64,000 nt of DNA from an uncultured Alphaproteobacteria bacterium (lineage in GTDB: Bacteria; Pseudomonadota; Alphaproteobacteria; Rs-D84): positions 96,001 to 160,000 of the forward strand of contig CALXXY010000002.1 of NCBI GenBank assembly GCA_944392815.1, given 5' to 3'. Every line of letters begins with the position of its first letter. The first letter of the stretch is position 1. The notes beneath the pieces are model-generated. The model was not told the origin of the DNA and made no database searches. It was given only the letters and a program-made list of their open reading frames with translations. This document shows positions 17,754 to 25,969 of the stretch, in pieces. The position numbers were made by a program, and so were the translations under genes.

Positions 17754-19763
17754 TTATTTACGTCTGTACGCTGCACTCAGCGCAAACGTGCATATACATG
17801 AAAATATCAGTATTAAAATCATCACCCCATCACGTTGCACTGCACGATACGCAGTCATATGCCCACCATATACCACACCGTCCATATAACCACTGCGCGC
17901 AACCGGTATATATGACATAATTGTCCCGTCCGACGCAATAAACGCACTGACGCCCGAATAATTGGCGCGCACAATCGGCAAACCTGATTCAATGGCATAA
18001 CGCCGCACCATATCCAAATGCTGATATGTGCCAGGCGTTTTACCAAACCAAGTGTCATTTGTTATGTTAATAACAGCGTCCGGCGATTCGCCCATTGGCA
18101 CCAAAGAATCAGAAAAAATAATTTCATAACATATCGCCGGCGCAAACGCGAAATCGCCAACATTTATAATTTCTGGCCCCGCCCCACGTGACAGTTGCCC
18201 CGGCGTTGGAATAATATCGCCAAACGGCCTGTATTCACCAAACGGCACCAGATGTGATTTGCTGTACACTTTTTCTATTTCCCCGCCCGGCGCGGCAACA
18301 ATCATGGAATTATACACCCCAGTACTGGAAACCGACGTCGCCCCAATAACAACATCACGTTGCAATGCCGCCGCCACAGGCATATTGTCACCGTCAACAA
18401 TTGCAAACGGATACGATGTTTCCGGAAACACAACTATATCCGGATTGCCGGGGGCACCGGCCAATTCTATCAACCCGCGCACATTTTCAGTTGCCCACCG
18501 CACGGCGTCCGCCCGTGAATTGGACATTTTTTGCGCCTGGCTGCGTGCCGGTTGCACAACACGAATCACAGGGCTGACATTATCCGCACGTTGCGCCAGT
18601 TGAATATTTTTATAACCATACACCGCGCCCCCACATAATAATGCAACAAACACACCAAACGAAATCCATACGCGCCAATCACGCCTGTGCGTCAATAATT
18701 CAACCACAGACGCAACGCCACCAATAATTACAAACGTTAAACCCAACGCCCCCCATAACGCCATAGAATTGGAAATCCACGGCGCAGACAACGCAATATT
18801 CGCAATCGGATTCCATGGAAATCCTGTAAACAACCATTCACGCAACCACAAAACAAACACCCATGTCGCGGCAAACAAAAACGGCCTGCACGCCGGAAAC
18901 GTGCATATACGCGCGACAACGACAAACGGAATTGCAAAAATTATTCCGCCAACAATACCAATTCCAATTAATGCCGGCACCGTCCACACAGCAAACTGGG
19001 CCGCCAATTCAGGCACCACATAAATGGAATGTGTCACCCACCAAAACATAGCAACCGCATATACAGCACTGAACGGTAACACATGCAAAAACGCACGCCA
19101 TATATTTTTATGCTTGCCCCAAATCATTATTTTATACGCCACACCGATGGCCAACACTGTCGCCCACCACATATTAAACGGTGCAAATCCCAACGCAGCC
19201 ACCACCCCCAACAGCGCCATCACAACGTATTGCCATACAGCATTCGGACGCATTTTTATTTTATGAAACCACCCCAAAATTTTACCACCTGGACATACAG
19301 ACAAATCGCTGTATGTGCACGAATCCGGCGCATAGGGATTTTTTATACCCAACGAATTCAATATTTTTATTTCCAAATTTTCCATTTTTTTTGCATCACG
19401 ATTTTTTATATGGTCATACCCCTGTAAATGCAAAACACCATGCACAACCATATGCGCCGCATGTTCAGCAATTGAAATGTTTGCAGCGGCGGCCTCGCGT
19501 TGGACAGTGTCAAACGAAATATAAATATCACCCAACAAAATATCATCGCCCAATTCAAACGATAAAACGTTCGTCGGTCTGTCTATGTGCCTGTATTCAC
19601 GGTTCAGTGCATGAATTTCATCGTCATTGGTCAGGGTAATTGAAACCTCGGCCCCGGGGGCGCATTTAATTGCCGCAGCATTTGCGATACGTTCAAAATC
19701 AATTTTATATTTACGCCACCGTACATCTTCATAATTTACATATACTTTCATTTTCATTTCCAT
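17754..19763 (-). CDS. lnt: Fusion of the rRNA maturation endonuclease YbeY and apolipoprotein N-acyltransferase Lnt
   Basis: N-terminal LNREYR..DRPTNVLSF, LGDIYIS and HGVLHLQGYDH (YbeY). C-terminal TGFPWN, FPET, KSHLVPFGEY, ICYEIIF and NITNDTWFG (Lnt). One uninterrupted 669-aa frame. Confidence 0.92.
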   Translation of the reverse strand: MEMKMKVYVNYEDVRWRKYKIDFERIANAAAIKCAPGAEVSITLTNDDEIHALNREYRHIDRPTNVLSFELGDDILLGDIYISFDTVQREAAAANISIAEHAAHMVVHGVLHLQGYDHIKNRDAKKMENLEIKILNSLGIKNPYAPDSCTYSDLSVCPGGKILGWFHKIKMRPNAVWQYVVMALLGVVAALGFAPFNMWWATVLAIGVAYKIMIWGKHKNIWRAFLHVLPFSAVYAVAMFWWVTHSIYVVPELAAQFAVWTVPALIGIGIVGGIIFAIPFVVVARICTFPACRPFLFAATWVFVLWLREWLFTGFPWNPIANIALSAPWISNSMALWGALGLTFVIIGGVASVVELLTHRRDWRVWISFGVFVALLCGGAVYGYKNIQLAQRADNVSPVIRVVQPARSQAQKMSNSRADAVRWATENVRGLIELAGAPGNPDIVVFPETSYPFAIVDGDNMPVAAALQRDVVIGATSVSSTGVYNSMIVAAPGGEIEKVYSKSHLVPFGEYRPFGDIIPTPGQLSRGAGPEIINVGDFAFAPAICYEIIFSDSLVPMGESPDAVINITNDTWFGKTPGTYQHLDMVRRYAIESGLPIVRANYSGVSAFIASDGTIMSYIPVARSGYMDGVVYGGHMTAYRAVQRDGVMILILIFSCICTFALSAAYRRK

Positions 19764-19766
19764 ATA

Positions 19767-21077
19767 TTACGCATTTTGTGTATGTGCATGATTTGCTGCA
19801 TATACATCGAATTCATTGGTTGATTTTTTATCCCCATCATTCAGCATTTTAACGGCATCATTAAACGCGATTGTTTTCCCAGATTTTATTTTTTGTTGTA
19901 CACGTGCAATATCATCACGCACCCGCGTGTTTCCATTCGCGACCGCCAACTTATAATTGGCCAACGCACGTTCATAATTTCCCATTTGTTCATATGCAAA
20001 CCCAGCATTATATTGCGCGGCACCATATTGGCTTTTATCCCCTATACGAAATAAAATTTCACGCACCTGGTCATCAGACACAGCATACCCATATTCTTTT
20101 AACAAATTGCGCAATTCATTAAATCTGTTTTGACAATTTTTATCATTTGGATTTTCAATTAATTTAGTATACGCATTGTACATCAATGAACTCATACCCA
20201 GTGCTTCGCTGGTGGTGTTAACATCTATGCTCTGCAATGCCACATCATAACAATACAACACGAAATAAGTTTCGCCCTCTTCCAAATGCCACCGCGCCAG
20301 TTCATATGCTTCGTCTGTTGTAATTGGCGCAGTTTCCATTGTCACCCTGCTGCCGTCTTTTAATACAGTGGAACCAAAACCAATGGTTGGTATGTCACGC
20401 GAATCACGATACGGCACATGCATACCAGTCGCAGGATCGACATGCACACCTTCTTTGGCGATTAAATCAGCAATCATAAACGGTGTTATCGGTTGCATTT
20501 TATTTAAAAACGCCATGTATTTACCGCGCGCGTTTTCTTCGGCCGCGCGCATGGCGTCACGTTCAGCCCGACGTTCTTTAACCGTCTGAACGACATCGGG
20601 AACAACCTCGACCCCGGTATACGTTCCCCCCGAAATCAATCCCAATCCAAACAACCACAGTATATGCGCGGAAAAATTAGGATATTTTTTTGCAAATTCC
20701 CGCAACTTGCTTGGGCGCATTTCTGTTTTTTTACGTCCATCTTTGCCCTGAATTGTTTTTTTCCGCATAACATTCATAACGGCAAATTTATTTTCCATCT
20801 GGCGCAGAAAAACATTATCCAATGTCAACCACCGTGCCAAAGTCAACAAAAACTGTGCGCCACCGGCCACCAACCAAGCAGACCATTTCCCCGCGCCCAG
20901 CATACTGATTTTTGCCGCGTCAACAAATTCAGCCGCGTTTCCCGTTTCCCCATTTGCATTTTTTTCTGCACGTTTTCTGCGCACATATTCCACGGGCTGT
21001 GTCTCGGCAATTTTGCGCCGCAATTTTGCCGCCGCCTGTTCTGGTGTTGCAACAACCTTTTGAAATTTTTCGGCCAT
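19767..21077 (-). CDS. Membrane-anchored protein with a phage-type (GH24-like) lysozyme motif and a C-terminal TPR
   Basis: LIAKEG...PYRDSRDIPTIGFGST and SLMYNA motifs. TPR AQYNAGFAYEQMGNYERALANYKLA. Confidence 0.65.
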   Translation of the reverse strand: MAEKFQKVVATPEQAAAKLRRKIAETQPVEYVRRKRAEKNANGETGNAAEFVDAAKISMLGAGKWSAWLVAGGAQFLLTLARWLTLDNVFLRQMENKFAVMNVMRKKTIQGKDGRKKTEMRPSKLREFAKKYPNFSAHILWLFGLGLISGGTYTGVEVVPDVVQTVKERRAERDAMRAAEENARGKYMAFLNKMQPITPFMIADLIAKEGVHVDPATGMHVPYRDSRDIPTIGFGSTVLKDGSRVTMETAPITTDEAYELARWHLEEGETYFVLYCYDVALQSIDVNTTSEALGMSSLMYNAYTKLIENPNDKNCQNRFNELRNLLKEYGYAVSDDQVREILFRIGDKSQYGAAQYNAGFAYEQMGNYERALANYKLAVANGNTRVRDDIARVQQKIKSGKTIAFNDAVKMLNDGDKKSTNEFDVYAANHAHTQNA

Positions 21078-21086
21078 GTATATCCC

Positions 21087-21452
21087 CTATTTTTTACCCA
21101 GCCCCATTTTTTTAGCAATTTTGGAACGCCGCATTGAATAATTCGGCGCGACAAACGGATAATCGTCCGGCAGACACCATTTTTTTCTGTATTCGTCGGG
21201 CGTCATATTAAACTTTCGTTTTACATACCTGCGCAACATAACGTGCCAGGTTCCGTCCTCCAGACACTGAATTTTGTCCGCCCGCACAGACGCAGCAATT
21301 TGTTGCGCACTGGCGGTGGCGCCACGCAAACTTTCGCGCGCCGCGCGCACAGCGTCCTGCATCGTCAGCGACGGATTTGCCGCAATCGCCGCGGCGGCCA
21401 AATTTGCCACCGCCAGCGCAAATTCCGATGAATCTTTATTTGCACTTACCAA
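21087..21452 (-). CDS. MucR/Ros-family nucleoid-associated regulator
   Basis: IQCLEDG..., MTPDEYRKKW.LP.DYP.VAPNYS.RRS.IAK.MGLGK. Confidence 0.9.
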   Translation of the reverse strand: MVSANKDSSEFALAVANLAAAAIAANPSLTMQDAVRAARESLRGATASAQQIAASVRADKIQCLEDGTWHVMLRRYVKRKFNMTPDEYRKKWCLPDDYPFVAPNYSMRRSKIAKKMGLGKK

Positions 21453-21531
21453 TTGAAAAACCCCCGGTTATTTACTAGAATTCTATTATACCACAAATAA
21501 AGATTAAATAAAACCAAAGTAAAATATAAAT

Positions 21532-22815
21532 ATGCCATCTGAAAACAGACCACTTGCAGATTTAATGCGCCCCGCGACAATTGATGATATTGTTGGGCAA
21601 CCGCAATTATTGGGCGAAAATGGACTGGTTCGTCGTATGGTTGACAATCATAAATTATCAAATTTAATCCTGTGGGGGCCGCCGGGGTGTGGAAAAACGA
21701 CAATCGCGCGCGCATTGGCCAAATCTGTTGATATGGATTTTGTTCCGATGTCGGCGGTATTTTCCGGCACCGCGGATATTAAAAAAGCGATGGAGGCCGC
21801 CCGCATGAACCGCGAAATCGGTCGCGGCACTTTGCTGTTTATTGATGAAATTCATCGTTTTAATAAAACGCAACAGGACACCCTGTTGCCATATTTAGAA
21901 GATGGCACCGTTGTATTCATGGGCGCGACAACTGAAAACCCCAGTTTTAATTTAAACAACGCGTTGTTATCACGTTGTCACGTGGGTGTATTGCAACCAT
22001 TATCCACCACAGATTTAATGACGCTGATAACCCGTGCCGAAGAATTTTTGGGCAAAAAATTGCCCCTGGACGACGCGGCCCGTCTGCACCTGGCCCAGAT
22101 GTCGGACGGTGACGCACGATTTTTGCTGAACACAATTGAATACCTGTCGAACGCAAATTTTAAAAAGAAATTAACCCCGGACGCCCTGGACGCAGCGATT
22201 CAAAAACGTGCGCCATTATCGGACAAATCCGGTGACGAACATTATAATTTGATATCGGCGGTACACAAATCTTTGCGCGCCAGTGACACAGACGCCGCCC
22301 TGTATTGGACCGCCCGCATGATGACCTCGGGCCAGGATCCCATGTATCTGTTTCGACGTCTGACCCGATTCGCAATGGAAGATATCGGCCTGGCCGACCC
22401 AAACGCCATGCAAATTGCATTATCCGCATGGCAGGTATACGAACGCATGGGCAGCCCCGAAGGCGACCTGGCATTAACCGAATTGGTTATATATCTGGGC
22501 ACAGCCCCAAAAAGCACGGCAAATTATCGCGCCCAAACGGCCGCATATCGCACCGCCCGCGAAACAGGCAGTTTAATGCCCCCAAAAAACATATTAAACG
22601 CCCCCACCCGCATGATGCGCGAAATGGGATACGGCGCGGGCTATGTATACGAACCCGATACCAAATCCGGATTTTCTGGTCAAAATTGTTTCCCAGAATC
22701 CATGCAACGCCAAAAATTCTACTATCCAATTGAACGTGGATTTGAACGCGAAATTAAAAAGCGTTTGGAATATTGGGACACACTGCGCGAAAAAATAAAC
22801 AGCGGTAAAAACTAA
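21532..22815 (+). CDS. rarA: Replication-associated recombination protein A
   Basis: PLADLMRP, GPPGCGKTT, FIDEIHRFNK.QQD, GATTENPSF and EDIGLADP motifs. Confidence 0.95.
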   Translation: MPSENRPLADLMRPATIDDIVGQPQLLGENGLVRRMVDNHKLSNLILWGPPGCGKTTIARALAKSVDMDFVPMSAVFSGTADIKKAMEAARMNREIGRGTLLFIDEIHRFNKTQQDTLLPYLEDGTVVFMGATTENPSFNLNNALLSRCHVGVLQPLSTTDLMTLITRAEEFLGKKLPLDDAARLHLAQMSDGDARFLLNTIEYLSNANFKKKLTPDALDAAIQKRAPLSDKSGDEHYNLISAVHKSLRASDTDAALYWTARMMTSGQDPMYLFRRLTRFAMEDIGLADPNAMQIALSAWQVYERMGSPEGDLALTELVIYLGTAPKSTANYRAQTAAYRTARETGSLMPPKNILNAPTRMMREMGYGAGYVYEPDTKSGFSGQNCFPESMQRQKFYYPIERGFEREIKKRLEYWDTLREKINSGKN

Positions 22816-23777
22816 CGCGACATAGACGCGGTCAATTTTTCGATCACTGCGCGCACATTTTTCAACGTATCTGTATGGTGCGCATTACACCCAACATTTG
22901 CACGCCGCACCAGTCCCGTCAACGTTTTCCCCGGTCCCAATTCATACACAGACGTAATATTATACACCGGAAATTTTTCCATTATATCCAACCACCGCAC
23001 ACCATGCGTCATTTGATCAGACAAAGAATCTTTGACGTCCTGGGGATTTGACATAACATTTGCCGTTTGATTTGAAAACCAGTTTGTTTTTGGTGGCTGG
23101 ACATCGATTGTTTCCAACCGTTTACGCAACAAAAATTCAGCATTTTCCATCAACGCACAATGCGCCGGCACCGCAACATTTAACCGTTTGGCCAAACGCG
23201 CGCCATGATTTTGTGCGCGCGCAATCACCGCGTCCAGCGCAGCATTTTGCCCACTGATAATAAATTGATCACGCGCATTATGATTGGAAATTGCCGCATA
23301 TCCGCGCCCATTGGCCGCCATTAAACATGCCTCTACTGCTTCTTTGTCCAAACCGACAATGCACGCCATACCCCCGCCCATTTTATCGGCCATGGACATA
23401 TACGTCGACCGCGCAGACAACAACCGCACAGCGTCCCCCATGGTCAAACTGCCCGCACAATGCAACGCAGAATATTGTCCCATCGAATGCCCCACAATGG
23501 CATAACCAATGTTATACAGCGGCCGCCCAAATTCCTGTTCCAAAATTTTGGCAATCGATACAGAATGCGCAAATGTCCCCAACGACGTCAATTCAGGTTT
23601 ATTCAACACGTCCACCGGCCCATTGAAACATGCGTCCGCCACATTTTTGTGCGAAATATCCGCCACCTGTTCAAACGTGTGACGCACAACGGCATATTCA
23701 TCAAACAAATCACGCGCCATGCCAACATATTGCGAGCCCTGGCCCGGAAAAACAAAAGCAATTTTTTCATTCATCAT
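22812..23777 (-). CDS. fabD: Malonyl-CoA:ACP transacylase
   Basis: FVFPGQGSQ, GHSMG, PAHC.LM and ELGPGKTL motifs. Confidence 0.9.
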   Translation of the reverse strand: MMNEKIAFVFPGQGSQYVGMARDLFDEYAVVRHTFEQVADISHKNVADACFNGPVDVLNKPELTSLGTFAHSVSIAKILEQEFGRPLYNIGYAIVGHSMGQYSALHCAGSLTMGDAVRLLSARSTYMSMADKMGGGMACIVGLDKEAVEACLMAANGRGYAAISNHNARDQFIISGQNAALDAVIARAQNHGARLAKRLNVAVPAHCALMENAEFLLRKRLETIDVQPPKTNWFSNQTANVMSNPQDVKDSLSDQMTHGVRWLDIMEKFPVYNITSVYELGPGKTLTGLVRRANVGCNAHHTDTLKNVRAVIEKLTASMSR

Positions 23778-23828
23778 ACGCAAATTATTGCACTAATATA
23801 TAAAATGTCAACAGATTGTCCCAAAATA

Positions 23829-23851
23829 AAATCCCGCAATTGCGGGATTTA
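23829..23851 (-). terminator. Intrinsic terminator after the outer-membrane protein pair
   Basis: AAATCCCGC-AATT-GCGGGATTT perfect inverted repeat. Confidence 0.7.
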
Positions 23852-23858
23852 TGAAACA

Positions 23859-24584
23859 TTAAAACAGAATATTTACGTCCAATCCGACCTGTAAATCCCT
23901 GGATTCAAATTCATAATCCAAATGTGCGCCGTATTGAGTGCGCCCATATTGACGAACGATTTTACCGCCCAACCATTCCTGGTTATAATGGGAATCGGTC
24001 GCCTTGCGCAAAGTAAACTGCGCCCCCAAACGCCAATCAGGCGCTATGCGAAAATATGCCTCGGGTTTAAAATCGATATACGCCATACCGCGATCATCAT
24101 CAAAAATCCAACTGGATTTGATTGTTGCGGCCAATGTGACACCGGCCCATTGACGCCCGAACCGATACCCAGCATAATATGTCGAATCCGCATAATCAGG
24201 CGTACGCACACGTGACGAGCCGCCAAATTTTAATCCGAACAACACATCAGATATTATATGTGCGCTGTTGCTGGCGGCGGTACCAACACGATAAACACCG
24301 CCCAAATCCACGGCGCCGAATCCGTCCTCGCCCCCGTTAAAATCCTGTTGCAGATTGAAATTAATACCAACAGACAATCTGTCGTTAATACCATATGATA
24401 TGGTTTCTTCCAACCGTAAAATATTATCCCAATACGTCAACGCCGTTTCAGACAAAACATCATTTGTTTTTAACATGAACAACGGATCAGACGTATCAAA
24501 ATCCAACCCATTGGCACGTGCATTTGACATCATCGGCACGAACCCAATAAATCCAGCAAATAAACAAATTAAAAATTTACGCAT
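23859..24584 (-). CDS. Putative outer-membrane beta-barrel protein
   Basis: Signal peptide, amphipathic beta-strands and C-terminal Phe (VNILF). Confidence 0.7.
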   Translation of the reverse strand: MRKFLICLFAGFIGFVPMMSNARANGLDFDTSDPLFMLKTNDVLSETALTYWDNILRLEETISYGINDRLSVGINFNLQQDFNGGEDGFGAVDLGGVYRVGTAASNSAHIISDVLFGLKFGGSSRVRTPDYADSTYYAGYRFGRQWAGVTLAATIKSSWIFDDDRGMAYIDFKPEAYFRIAPDWRLGAQFTLRKATDSHYNQEWLGGKIVRQYGRTQYGAHLDYEFESRDLQVGLDVNILF

Positions 24585-24668
24585 TCTCTCCCCCTGGTTA
24601 TAAAACAACAGATAAATCCGGGTTCTGTGAAATCCCCAGAACCCGAATTACCATTCACACGCACCGCA

Positions 24669-25871
24669 TCAGAACATAAATATCGCCTGCAGGCCGACAG
24701 ATGCCTCGGAATATCCGTCTATATTGGCGGTACCCATTTTACGGAACACGCCATCTTTTGCGTCCGTCTGCCAGAATGACAAATCTTTGCCATCGGCAGA
24801 ATCCCACAACGCGATTTTCCCGTACAGATTTAACGCGAACCAATCATTGGGCTGCCAACCGATGGCCGCCTTTAAACTGGCCTGATTGTGCCAATCATAA
24901 TTACCAAACACCAATTCTCCGTTTAATGTCCAATCTTCGTCCAGGACGCTGAACGCACCGATACCGCCCTCGAGATAAAATACATTGGACGCGTCGGTAT
25001 TATACGCCAAAAAGAACGTAGCATCTCTGCCATCGGCCATTTTACCGTTCACACCATTGCCATATGCACTGCCATCAAAATCCAAATACCAACCACGCAC
25101 CAACCCATAAATGGTCGTAGAACTGATTTTATATCCACCCTTTAAATCCAAAACGAAATTATTGGAAATATCCTGCTGATATTGATAATAGGCAGACAAT
25201 GTCGCAATCCATTTTTCTGTATCAGCAAAACGCCATTGCAGCCCCAACCCCAACAAATTCAAACCATTATCGTCCATGGAATCATCGGGCGTTTCCGGCA
25301 AAGACCAATCAAATTCATAATTCGACATATCAAACCGCGCCATGGCCAACACAGCCAACCTGTCGGTAATACCATAACTGAAATCTTCCTTGATAGAAAA
25401 CTGACTGGCATTCCACGAACCATTTGGGTCAGACCCCGCTTCTAAATACGTCAACGCCATATCATATGAATTCATATTATATGACAAATCCGTCACAGAC
25501 CCAAATTTTCCCTTGGTCGGTTGGAAAAACGGGTGCGCCAGATAGTATTTGCGTTTTAATTCAGTGCGATATGTTTCCGCCCGCGTGGTACGCACATTTG
25601 CCGTTGACGTACCGCCAGCATACTGTTTATACAACGCACTGCGATTTGCGGGCTGGGTATAATAAATATTTTTTGCATCAGCCGCATCATATGTTTTCTG
25701 CGAAGTGCGCGTAGAATATTTTTCATAATTAACCTGGGTACGTTCACGCACAGCCGGCGCGCCGGTTAAATCCGCACTGGACGCCGCCCGCCCAAAATTA
25801 GTTTCCGCCAACGCCGGCATTACCCCAACCAGCGCCGCAACCACACCAATAACAGACAAATGTTTTTTCAT
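24669..25871 (-). CDS. Putative outer-membrane beta-barrel protein with an N-terminal extension
   Basis: Signal peptide (…ALA), beta-strands and C-terminal AIFMF. Shares E..SYGI.DRL.V and P.F motifs with the downstream gene. Confidence 0.72.
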   Translation of the reverse strand: MKKHLSVIGVVAALVGVMPALAETNFGRAASSADLTGAPAVRERTQVNYEKYSTRTSQKTYDAADAKNIYYTQPANRSALYKQYAGGTSTANVRTTRAETYRTELKRKYYLAHPFFQPTKGKFGSVTDLSYNMNSYDMALTYLEAGSDPNGSWNASQFSIKEDFSYGITDRLAVLAMARFDMSNYEFDWSLPETPDDSMDDNGLNLLGLGLQWRFADTEKWIATLSAYYQYQQDISNNFVLDLKGGYKISSTTIYGLVRGWYLDFDGSAYGNGVNGKMADGRDATFFLAYNTDASNVFYLEGGIGAFSVLDEDWTLNGELVFGNYDWHNQASLKAAIGWQPNDWFALNLYGKIALWDSADGKDLSFWQTDAKDGVFRKMGTANIDGYSEASVGLQAIFMF

Positions 25872-25944
25872 AACAAATTTCTCCTTTTGGATAAAATTAT
25901 ACCATAAAAATCCCCCACAAAAAAGTATTAAAACATCAAAAAGC

Positions 25945-25968
25945 AGAAATCCGCCATATGGCGGATTT
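25945..25968 (-). terminator. Intrinsic terminator of ftsK
   Basis: GAAATCCGCC-ATAT-GGCGGATTTC followed by a T-rich tail on the minus strand. Confidence 0.7.
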
Positions 25969-25969
25969 C

